Shown in pieces: positions 1 to 5,816 of a DNA stretch of 5,995 bases (the stretch's first letter is position 1; the number at the start of each line of letters is the position of its first letter). The position numbers and the translations under genes were made by a program. The notes beneath the pieces were generated by a model that ran no database searches, was not told the origin of the DNA, and saw only the letters and a program-made list of their open reading frames with translations. The stretch is from Escherichia coli (GTDB lineage: Bacteria; Pseudomonadota; Gammaproteobacteria; Enterobacterales; Enterobacteriaceae). The stretch lies in the NCBI RefSeq assembly GCF_003334385.1, contig NZ_QOWN01000079.1. One strand, 5' to 3'.

Positions 1-77
1 TGATCCCGTTACCTTCCGGGACCAAAATTTGGCTGGTTGCCGGTATCACCGATATGAGAAATGGCTTCAACGGCCTG
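1..77 (+). mobile_element. tnpB: 5' fragment of an IS66-family tnpB (orf2); truncated remnant
   Basis: Frame 3 from nt 3 translates [25 protein letters not shown], which I recognise as the conserved N-terminus of IS66-family TnpB. The window opens inside an ATGA overlap (tnpA stop / tnpB start), as is typical for IS66. The resemblance stops at about nt 77 and the frame terminates at 114-116, so the rest of tnpB, tnpC and the right inverted repeat are missing. Confidence 0.5.
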
Positions 78-457
78 TTAAGAATTTCCTGGCGAAGAAC
101 TCTTTCTTTTGCATGAGCTGAATTAATTCGGATATCCAATGGCATGGCAAGTCGCTCAATCGTATAAGAATACACCCCATTCTGAGCATTCATTATATCG
201 GTATGGATATGACGACTAAAGATCGCTATGCTGAAGGCAAGAAAAATCATACCTATAACAGAAATTGAGAAAATAAGTGAATAAGTAAAACCCAGTCTCT
301 GATAAAGAAAATAAACAGCCATACTGATTTCTACAGTAATTGGGAGTAGTGTCCAGAAAACAGATAATGTCAGCGCACTGAATGATTGCGCACCACGATC
401 AATATTTGCAGCCAGGACCGCCGGCTCAAATTCCTTTTGTTTCCGGAAACATATTCC
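78..457 (-). pseudogene. open minus-strand frame encoding a hydrophobic membrane-protein fragment (possibly a transporter transmembrane segment); no credible start, runs into the IS66 fragment
   Basis: Reverse-complement translation is open from the stop at 458-460 to the window edge: ...[118 protein letters not shown]... The first in-frame ATG is at 322-320 although protein-like hydrophobic sequence continues upstream of it, suggesting an internal gene fragment. The ORF track does not list it because it has no stop inside the window. Confidence 0.25.
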
Positions 458-546
458 TTAATGAAAATGAAACACCTACAACCTACATTGGTTGCCAATT
501 GCTCAATAACCATGAAAAATATAACTACTTATTTTAAAGTGTCAAT

Positions 547-565
547 GCGAATGATAATCATTTTT
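547..565. promoter_or_regulatory. Fur-box-like sequence
   Basis: gcgaATGATAATCATTttt matches the Fur consensus GATAATGATAATCATTATC at 15 of 19 positions, with the central ATGATAATCATT matching 12/12. It lies in the junction DNA between the minus-strand fragment and the colicin remnant. Confidence 0.35.
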
Positions 566-679
566 TATCATCAATGGTGGGGTTCTGAGGTGAAGATCAC
601 GAAATGGAAAAATCGTACTCTAAGCCGTTCACCCGTTTTCCGTCATCTGGTAGGTGTTGCAGTTACAATAAAATCACCT

Positions 680-1087
680 TTGCTGAATCTGCGGTAAATT
701 CGGCGAGAAATAACGTCAGTGCCAGAACAAATGAGCAAAAACATGCAAATGACGTTCTTGATGTAAAAAGAGAATTTTTGTTGCCAGCTTGCCGACATCA
801 ACCAGAAGAGAGCTGAAGAGAAAACAGGGTGAACTGAAGGCAACGATTTTGCTGACTGGAGCACTGAGTTTGGTAAGGTTGTCTGGACAGATAACTGGCG
901 TCCATTTTTTGTAAAACTTGAATCACTGGCAGCAGGAAGAGCTGCTTCATCTGTTACCGCATGGACGTTTTCCGTCATGCCGGGGACCCTTGTAGGTATT
1001 CTGGGTTTTGCAATTATTATGGCTGCTGTGAGTGCGCTTGTTAATGATAAGTTTATTGAGCAGAACAATAAACTTATTGGTATCTGA
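680..1087 (+). pseudogene. remnant of a colicin Ia/Ib-family pore-forming colicin gene (channel-domain fragments only; internal deletion and frame changes)
   Basis: Frame 1 (about 680-765) gives AESAVNSARNNVSARTNEQKHANDVLDV. Frame 2 (782-829) gives LADINQKRAEEKTG followed by a stop at 830-832. Frame 2 (833-1087) gives TEGNDFADWSTEFGKVVWTDNWRPFFVKLESLAAGRAASSVTAWTFSVMPGTLVGILGFAIIMAAVSALVNDKFIEQNNKLIGI*. These match, from memory, the start of the colicin Ia channel domain (NSARNN-SARTNEQKHAND) and its C-terminal hydrophobic hairpin (DW-TEFGK...WRP-FVK...hydrophobic hairpin...KLIGI/KFWGI). About 110 codons of the middle of the channel domain and the entire N-terminal translocation and receptor domains are absent. 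Confidence 0.65.
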
Positions 1088-1099
1088 CATATAATGATG

Positions 1100-1126
1100 C
1101 CCTTTCATTTTCCTGAAAGGGTTTTG
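1100..1126 (+). terminator. rho-independent terminator of the colicin transcript, overlapping the 3' end of the convergent immunity gene
   Basis: Stem CCCTTTCA (1100-1107), loop TTTTCC (1108-1113), stem TGAAAGGG (1114-1121), then TTTT (1122-1125) on the plus strand, 13 nt after the colicin stop codon at 1085-1087. Confidence 0.5.
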
Positions 1127-1452
1127 CAGAATATAAATATTAAGTAAATGGCAACTACAGGAACTGATATAACGAAACAGAATAATTCAAATATTACAGT
1201 TAAGCTTCCGCCAACTGGATTAGTAAAGAAGTCTTTTTGCCAGACTTCTTTCCCTGTAAACCTTATTACCATTTTCTGTATTATCTTCATTGAAAAAGGA
1301 AAAGTAATGGAGCTGATAATGCATCCGATGAACGCATAAAACATTCTTGAATTTTCCTGGTTATCTTTCCATCCCAGATAAAAAACTGTAAGAATAATGA
1401 AACCTGGTATCAGGCTTTTCAGAAAATACTTTACAGATATATCCGCTTTCAT
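1105..1452 (-). CDS. pore-forming-colicin immunity protein (colicin Ia/Ib immunity type), 115 aa, integral membrane
   Basis: Intact 115-aa ORF, convergent with and immediately downstream of the colicin remnant, which is the canonical arrangement for pore-forming colicins. It is strongly hydrophobic with several predicted TM segments (GFIILTVFYLGW, FIGCIISSITFPF, SLTVIFELFCFVISVPVVAIYLIFIF). An AAGGAG ribosome-binding site sits 7 nt upstream of the ATG on the minus strand (plus 1460-1465). Confidence 0.65.
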   Translation of the reverse strand: MKADISVKYFLKSLIPGFIILTVFYLGWKDNQENSRMFYAFIGCIISSITFPFSMKIIQKMVIRFTGKEVWQKDFFTNPVGGSLTVIFELFCFVISVPVVAIYLIFIFCKTLSGK

Positions 1453-1562
1453 CTGGTTTCTCCTTTATTGTCATCGTGTACTGGTGCGTGATAACATAAT
1501 GATAATAATAATCAATAACAATAAACTGTGTCACGTTTACATCATGGAACGGAGGTACTCCT

Positions 1563-1910
1563 GTGACTTTTGAGCAGAAAAAAGCCCGGGCCATTGCCCT
1601 GATGGACAGTAAAAAGATGTGGCGGAGCAATTATGCCCCTCCTCTTCTGCGTATTCTCTGGCGGCTGGGTATCCGGCTTCCGCCATTACCCTTTATGCCG
1701 TTCTGGCAGGTCACGGTGCTGACGGGGGGCTTATGGGGCATTTCCTGGGGATGTGCAATGTGGTTTATCTACTGGGGGCCGTCAGGAATGGTGGCAGGTG
1801 AGGCCATTATTATAAGTATCACGGGTGGTTTTTTGTTCGGACTGCTCATGGCCTCTTTCCACTGGTGGCGCAGGAAAGTTAACCGGCTGCCACCATGGGA
1901 TGATGTGTGA
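1563..1910 (+). CDS. small hypothetical inner-membrane protein (Trp/Gly-rich, two predicted TM helices); GTG start
   Basis: 115-aa ORF starting at GTG 1563, preceded by GGAGG (1549-1553) with a 7-nt spacer. Hydrophobic core VTVLTGGLWGISWGCAMWFIYWG and AIIISITGGFLFGLLMASF. A possible promoter is TTGTCA at 1468-1473 with TAACAT at 1492-1497. Confidence 0.5.
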   Translation: MTFEQKKARAIALMDSKKMWRSNYAPPLLRILWRLGIRLPPLPFMPFWQVTVLTGGLWGISWGCAMWFIYWGPSGMVAGEAIIISITGGFLFGLLMASFHWWRRKVNRLPPWDDV

Positions 1911-1927
1911 ATCGTGCAGGCATGTTT

Positions 1928-2518
1928 TTACGGGGTGACGCTTTCATTAACCTGTACACGAACTTTTATTCCGGCATCATGACAGGCCTGCAGCCACTGC
2001 GCCACTTCCAGCGGATCGCCCTCCCGGCGTACCACCCTGCCTTCTCTGTTCCATAACTGCAGACAGGTACTGCCGTCGAGACGTACCACAAAATCCCCAC
2101 GGCAGGCCTGATATGTCATGCCGTTCAGCTCCACCGCCAGATCAGTGGCAGAAGTGCCGTCTGCGGGCAGACCTGATGCCGGGACCAGCGGCAGTACGAC
2201 GACTTCTGCCGCACGCTGTTCTGCCCGGAGGCGGTCCTGTTCTGCCAGCAGAAGAGGCTGTGCCACGGCCCGGCCGGCGTCCGTCAGCTCCACTGTCAGC
2301 TGCAGGTTCGGAGCGCGCAGGGTACGCAGCCAGCCGGCATCCTCCAGACGACGGCAGGAGGCGCGCAGGTTTGGCCCGTAGACCGGGGCTTCCCCGCTTC
2401 GCTCCAGCACCCGTTCTATGTCCCGCGTCAGTACGGGCCCCGGCCGTTTTTCATCAAGGGCAGCCAGCACAATCAGCACTCTCCGCTGCAGTGGCGACGG
2501 TCGGCGGCTCTGGGTCAT
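1928..2518 (-). CDS. hypothetical protein, 196 aa, G+C-rich; Arg-rich N-terminus with a possible winged-helix DNA-binding region; second gene of a coupled pair
   Basis: ORF MTQSRRPSPLQRRVLIVLAALDEKRPGPVLTRDIERVLERSG...NLRASCRRLEDAGWLRTLR...; its ATG (2518-2516) overlaps the TAA of the upstream gene as TAATG, indicating translational coupling. Codon usage is consistently G+C-rich. Function unknown. Confidence 0.55.
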   Translation of the reverse strand: MTQSRRPSPLQRRVLIVLAALDEKRPGPVLTRDIERVLERSGEAPVYGPNLRASCRRLEDAGWLRTLRAPNLQLTVELTDAGRAVAQPLLLAEQDRLRAEQRAAEVVVLPLVPASGLPADGTSATDLAVELNGMTYQACRGDFVVRLDGSTCLQLWNREGRVVRREGDPLEVAQWLQACHDAGIKVRVQVNESVTP

Positions 2519-2775
2519 TACCTGTCATCCTCCGGCCAGATGAGCTTTCTGAGGCGCTGAAAGTCGGCGTCAATGAGCTCCGGTCTCTTTATGGCATTCA
2601 TTGAGGCATAGCCATTTATGGCCAGTTCATGCCAGAAGATCAGCACTGCTCCGGCTTTGGCTGACTCGCAGAGATAAATTGCGCCCTGGCTGTCCAGATT
2701 GCATTCCCGGATGCGTCGTTCCGCAAACCGGGTCAGTTGTTCATAGCTGAGTGAAAACATCCTTTCTTCATCCAT
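2518..2775 (-). CDS. hypothetical small protein (~85 aa), first gene of the coupled minus-strand pair
   Basis: The track ORF 2518-2892 has an AT-rich N-terminal extension that overlaps the palindromic repeats. The preferred start is the ATG at 2775-2773, preceded by GGAG with an 8-nt spacer, giving MDEERMFSLSYEQLTRFAERRIRECNLDSQGAIYLCESAKAGAVLIFWHELAINGYASMNAIKRPELIDADFQRLRKLIWPEDDR. Confidence 0.45.
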   Translation of the reverse strand: MDEERMFSLSYEQLTRFAERRIRECNLDSQGAIYLCESAKAGAVLIFWHELAINGYASMNAIKRPELIDADFQRLRKLIWPEDDR

Positions 2776-2851
2776 CCTGCACACTCCATCTGATAATGTC
2801 CTGTTAAGAAATAAATCATATTTTGAATCATTTATTTCTGCGCCTGTAAAC

Positions 2852-2904
2852 ATCATATCAGATATGATTATGTGATTAATGATAAATATCATATCAGATA
2901 TGAT
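2852..2904. promoter_or_regulatory. two identical perfect 17-bp palindromes (candidate tandem operators) upstream of the minus-strand operon
   Basis: ATCATATC-A-GATATGAT occurs at 2852-2868 and again at 2888-2904, 36 bp centre to centre. Each copy has 8-bp perfect inverted arms. They lie 80-130 bp upstream of the start at 2775; the AT-rich tract 2921-2933 carries TATAAT-like hexamers on both strands. Confidence 0.5.
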
Positions 2905-3222
2905 TTCATGTGTTTTTCTTGATTATAATATTAGTTGCTGGTTTTCCGCCGCGCAGATCCGGTTTCTGGTGGTCACGGATCTTCCTCTCCCCCACACAAC
3001 GCCACCTCCTATCAGCACAACATGTGGTATCTCATTCGGTTGCTTATGACACTATATGTTGTGTCATCTCCCTGACCTGTGATGCGCCGCGCAGGGGCGG
3101 AAAACAGCGATATGATTATTTTCTCAGCGTGGTACACTTCCGGAAAGTTGTGATATTCCGGAAAGTCGGATCTGACGGAAACGGCTCTCCGGTAATTTAA
3201 CGGCGTGGTTATATGGATGCTT

Positions 3223-3302
3223 GTTATCATGGTGATGATGATAACGGCATGATGTTATCAGACGGCGTGACGGTAAGGGCAGTGATGATGGATGACGTTA
3301 TC
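3223..3302. repeat. cluster of alternating GTTATC / GATAAC hexamers and GTGATGATG repeats upstream of the recombinase operon
   Basis: GTTATC at 3223-3228, GATAAC at 3240-3245, GTTATC at 3254-3259 and 3297-3302; GTGATGATG at 3232-3240 and 3282-3290. All lie 40-120 bp upstream of the ATG at 3343. Confidence 0.3.
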
Positions 3303-3342
3303 GCATGACCGTCCCTGCCCGGAAAAGAAAAAGGAGTCACCC

Positions 3343-3756
3343 ATGTTTTTTATTGAGAATGAAGGTCAGGCTGTCGCCGGAACGGATTACTGGCAGTCTG
3401 TACAGGCGCAGGCCGGATATGTCTACCTCAGCTGGAATGCCGGCGCAGCCAGGCTGCTTGTCCCGGATGCGGCAAAACATTTACTCAGGGAGATGCGGGG
3501 GGCTGAGTACGTCATCATCAGTAAGGGAACGCTGAATGGCCGCGATGCGCTGGAACTGGTATTTGAAGACGGCAGCGATGCGCCGTTTGTGATCCACATG
3601 CTGAGTGAGCAGTGCGATCGCCTGCTCCCCGAAAACAACCAGGGAGGGGGTTTTGTTGTCACCGTCTGGACGCGTGGCGGTAACCAGCGCCGTTATCCGG
3701 GAAAGTACCGTGTTGTGGAAAACCTGCCCGACGTTTCCCCGTGGAGTGAACACTGA
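3343..3756 (+). CDS. hypothetical protein (137 aa), translationally coupled to the downstream tyrosine recombinase
   Basis: ATG 3343 is preceded by AAGGAG (3331-3336) with a 6-nt spacer. Its stop TGA (3754-3756) is followed one nucleotide later by the recombinase ATG (TGAtATG). Sequence MFFIENEGQAVAGTDYWQSVQ...; no motif I recognise. Confidence 0.55.
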   Translation: MFFIENEGQAVAGTDYWQSVQAQAGYVYLSWNAGAARLLVPDAAKHLLREMRGAEYVIISKGTLNGRDALELVFEDGSDAPFVIHMLSEQCDRLLPENNQGGGFVVTVWTRGGNQRRYPGKYRVVENLPDVSPWSEH

Positions 3757-3757
3757 T

Positions 3758-4537
3758 ATGCAGCACCTGCCGGCACCGATCCACCATGCCCGGGATGCTG
3801 CTCAGCTTCCTGTTGCCATCGATTATCCGGCAGCGCTGGCACTCCGCCAGATGTCGATGGTTCATGATGAACTGCCAAAATACCTGCTGGCCCCTGAAGT
3901 GAGCGCCCTGCTCCATTACGTGCCGGATCTGCGCCGCAAAATGCTGCTGGCCACACTGTGGAACACCGGTGCGCGCATTAATGAAGCACTGGCGCTGACG
4001 CGGGGGGATTTTTCGCTCACGCCTCCGTATCCGTTTGTGCAGCTGGCCACTCTGAAGCAGCGGACAGAAAAAGCCGCCAGGACGGCAGGAAGGATGCCCG
4101 CCGGTCAGCAGACTCACCGTCTGGTTCCGCTCTCCGACGCCTGGTACGTCAGCCAGCTGCAGACGATGGTGGCCACACTGAAAATCCCCATGGAACGGCG
4201 TAATAAACGAACAGGCAGGACAGAGAAAGCGCGGATCTGGGAAGTGACGGACAGAACGGTCAGGACCTGGATTGGGGAGGCGGTTGCCGCCGCTGCCGCT
4301 GATGGTGTGACGTTCTCTGTCCCGGTCACGCCACATACGTTCCGCCATTCCTATGCGATGCATATGCTGTATGCCGGTATACCGCTGAAGGTCCTGCAGA
4401 GTCTGATGGGGCATAAGTCCATCAGCTCAACGGAGGTCTACACGAAGGTGTTTGCGCTGGATGTGGCTGCACGGCACCGGGTGCAGTTTTCGATGCCTGA
4501 GTCCGATGCGGTGTCTATGCTCAAAAGAATTCCATAA
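3758..4537 (+). CDS. tyrosine site-specific recombinase (plasmid multimer-resolution type, ResD/XerD-like), 259 aa
   Basis: Contains the tyrosine-recombinase signature residues: box I Arg (LWNTGARINEALAL), HTFRHSYA (H-x-x-R), and LMGHKSISSTEVYTKV with the catalytic Tyr. The track ORF 3605-4537 is trimmed to the ATG at 3758, which abuts the upstream stop. From memory it resembles the F-plasmid ResD protein. Confidence 0.85.
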   Translation: MQHLPAPIHHARDAAQLPVAIDYPAALALRQMSMVHDELPKYLLAPEVSALLHYVPDLRRKMLLATLWNTGARINEALALTRGDFSLTPPYPFVQLATLKQRTEKAARTAGRMPAGQQTHRLVPLSDAWYVSQLQTMVATLKIPMERRNKRTGRTEKARIWEVTDRTVRTWIGEAVAAAAADGVTFSVPVTPHTFRHSYAMHMLYAGIPLKVLQSLMGHKSISSTEVYTKVFALDVAARHRVQFSMPESDAVSMLKRIP

Positions 4538-4560
4538 GCTCTGACTTTTTTAAATCCCTT

Positions 4561-4712
4561 TCGGATATCTCATGGATATATTATCGGTATTTCATATTCT
4601 GTTGACATGCAGGACCGGTATAGAGTAAAAGAACATCTATTGAGTACCTCTTGGATATCCGAAAGGTGTCTTATGGGGTCTTTATGGGTATTACATGTGG
4701 ATTCTGGAGATA
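4561..4712. repeat. centromere/operator-like iteron cluster with promoter upstream of parA
   Basis: Repeated [C/T]GG[A/G]TAT motifs: cGGATATc 4562-4569, tGGATATa 4573-4580, cGGTATt 4585-4591, tGGATATCc 4652-4660 (palindromic GGATATCC), tGGGGTCt 4674-4681, tGGGTATt 4685-4692, tGGATTCt 4698-4705. A consensus -35 TTGACA sits at 4602-4607 but no clear -10 was found. Confidence 0.45.
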
Positions 4713-4716
4713 CACT

Positions 4717-5361
4717 ATGCCTGTTATTGCTAATACGCATCCCAAAGGTGGTGTGGGGAAGACAACTTCATCCGTAAACATTGTTGGTGAAATGAAGTCT
4801 GATACAGTTGATCTGGATACTCATACCGGGCTTTCTATCATTCTGGGGCTGAGACCTGAAGGAAAAGAAATTTCCGTGAAAGTACCCAAAACAGTGGATG
4901 AGTTAATCGAAATTATGACTCCCTACAAGAACAGCGATAAGACGTTACTTATTGACTGTGGGGGATTTGACTCAGATCTTACCCGTACTGCGATTGCCTT
5001 TGCAGACTGCGTTATTGTCCCTTCAAAAGACTCCCTGACTGAACGTATTGGTTTGATGCATTTTGATGGAGTACTGGACGAAATCAGCTCTATCATGGGG
5101 ACCGATATAACTGCTCACCTGTATCTCTGTAAAGTTAATCCTAACAAGAAGAAATTCCCTAAGCTTGATGCAATCCTGCCATCGTTCAAACATCTGAAGC
5201 TGATGAAGAGCCGCATTTCTGCTCGTGCAGAATTTGAGGATGTCATTGAGACTGGGATGGGAATCACTGAGTCTGTTCATGGGCGCTATTCGGCAGGAGG
5301 TAAGGAAGTTATTGCCCTGATCGAAGAAATCAATCATCTGATTGAAAATAACAAACAGTAA
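4717..5361 (+). CDS. parA: small ParA-family partition ATPase (type Ib, deviant Walker A), 214 aa
   Basis: N-terminal MPVIANTHPKGGVGKTT carries the deviant Walker A motif KGGxGKT. A hydrophobic strand ending in Asp (TLLIDCGG) resembles the Walker B region. The size is typical of small ParA/ParF-type proteins. GGAGA lies 6 nt upstream of ATG 4717. The track ORF starting at 4651 (TTG) is an N-terminal over-extension. Confidence 0.8.
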   Translation: MPVIANTHPKGGVGKTTSSVNIVGEMKSDTVDLDTHTGLSIILGLRPEGKEISVKVPKTVDELIEIMTPYKNSDKTLLIDCGGFDSDLTRTAIAFADCVIVPSKDSLTERIGLMHFDGVLDEISSIMGTDITAHLYLCKVNPNKKKFPKLDAILPSFKHLKLMKSRISARAEFEDVIETGMGITESVHGRYSAGGKEVIALIEEINHLIENNKQ

Positions 5362-5362
5362 G

Positions 5363-5447
5363 GTGTGTCTATTGGGTATCCATATAGTATCCTTTGGGCT
5401 TTTAATGGATATCTTTTAAGTATCTAACAAACATCCTGGGTTATCTC
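5363..5447. repeat. iteron cluster between parA and the adaptor gene
   Basis: tGGGTATCc 5373-5381, tAGTATCc 5385-5392, tGGATATCt 5406-5414, aAGTATCt 5418-5425, GGGTTATCTCATG 5438-5450. GTGTGTCT at 5363-5370 recurs at 5785-5792, and TATCTCATG at 5442-5450 recurs at 4566-4574. Confidence 0.4.
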
Positions 5448-5756
5448 ATGAGCAAAGCGAAATTTAGTGCACAGGCTGAAAAACTGAAAAACCTGGTGGA
5501 TTCTGCCAGATTACAAACTTCTTCTTCTGCCGTAACAGCAACAGCCCCGTCTCAGCCAAATGAAGGTGCAGAGGTAGTTTCAGGTCGTCCCGTGGCTGCC
5601 AGGACGAAGGCTAAGAATCTTAAGGCCATACCGCTGTCGTATTTTGAAGCTCATGCGGAACTTAAAGCGACCAGTAAAACATCTCTGGATTTTAGCTCAT
5701 ATATTATTGAGGCTATAAGAGAGAAGCTTGAACGTGATGGTGCAATAGGTCAATAA
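5448..5756 (+). CDS. small partition adaptor / centromere-binding protein (ParG/ParB-like, probable ribbon-helix-helix C-terminus), 102 aa
   Basis: Sits immediately downstream of the small ParA in the same orientation. It has a low-complexity Ser/Thr/Ala-rich N-terminal tail and a C-terminal segment (KAIPLSYFEAHAELKATSKTSLDFSSYIIEAIREKLER) consistent with a strand-helix-helix DNA-binding fold. Flanked by the iteron clusters. Confidence 0.55.
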   Translation: MSKAKFSAQAEKLKNLVDSARLQTSSSAVTATAPSQPNEGAEVVSGRPVAARTKAKNLKAIPLSYFEAHAELKATSKTSLDFSSYIIEAIREKLERDGAIGQ

Positions 5757-5759
5757 ACT

Positions 5760-5816
5760 ATCGGATACCTTAAGGGTATCTGATGTGTGTCTTTTAAATG
5801 CGTTATGGGGATTCTT
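5760..5816. repeat. iteron cluster downstream of the adaptor gene
   Basis: cGGATACCt 5762-5770, aGGGTATCt 5773-5781, GTGTGTCT 5785-5792, tatGGGGATTCt 5804-5815. These are the same motif families as the clusters at 4561-4712 and 5363-5447. Confidence 0.4.

Noticed and set aside
386-697. 103-aa plus-strand ORF
   Set aside because: AT-rich, low-complexity translation spanning junction DNA and overlapping the Fur-like site and the start of the colicin remnant in a different frame; not convincing as a gene.
643-1068. 141-aa minus-strand ORF
   Set aside because: Entirely antisense to the colicin channel-domain remnant, with no ribosome-binding site or recognisable motif; most likely a chance open frame.
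1526-1545. Possible LexA (SOS) box CTGT...ACA near the immunity/colicin region
   Set aside because: The sequence reads CTGTgtcacgtttACAt, which does not fit CTGT-N8-ACAG; no convincing LexA box is present, consistent with loss of the colicin promoter region.
1148-1630. ORFs 1148-1339 (+) and 1361-1630 (-)
   Set aside because: Antisense to, or overlapping, the better-supported immunity gene and GTG-start membrane-protein gene.
2113-2604. Plus-strand ORFs 2113-2604 and 2118-2381 (Arg/Pro/Ala-rich)
   Set aside because: Typical antisense artefacts of a G+C-rich coding region; the minus-strand ORFs have start/stop coupling and ribosome-binding sites.
2910-3230. ORFs 2910-3200 (+) and 3012-3230 (-)
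   Set aside because: They lie in the repeat-rich divergent control region, have no ribosome-binding site, and are composed largely of the repeat sequences; more likely regulatory DNA.
3605-3757. Upstream extension of the recombinase ORF (track start 3605), and likewise 4651-4716 for parA and 2776-2892 for the small minus-strand gene
   Set aside because: The extensions overlap the preceding gene or repeat/operator DNA and lack a ribosome-binding site; internal ATGs with Shine-Dalgarno sequences are better starts.
3423-4414. Minus-strand ORFs 3423-3662, 3481-3753, 3659-4414, 3693-3956, 4114-4329 and plus-strand 3305-3535
   Set aside because: Antisense or out of frame with the hypothetical gene and tyrosine recombinase; G+C-rich DNA generates long spurious frames.
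5023-5337. 104-aa minus-strand ORF
   Set aside because: Antisense to parA, which has a clear Walker A motif and ribosome-binding site.
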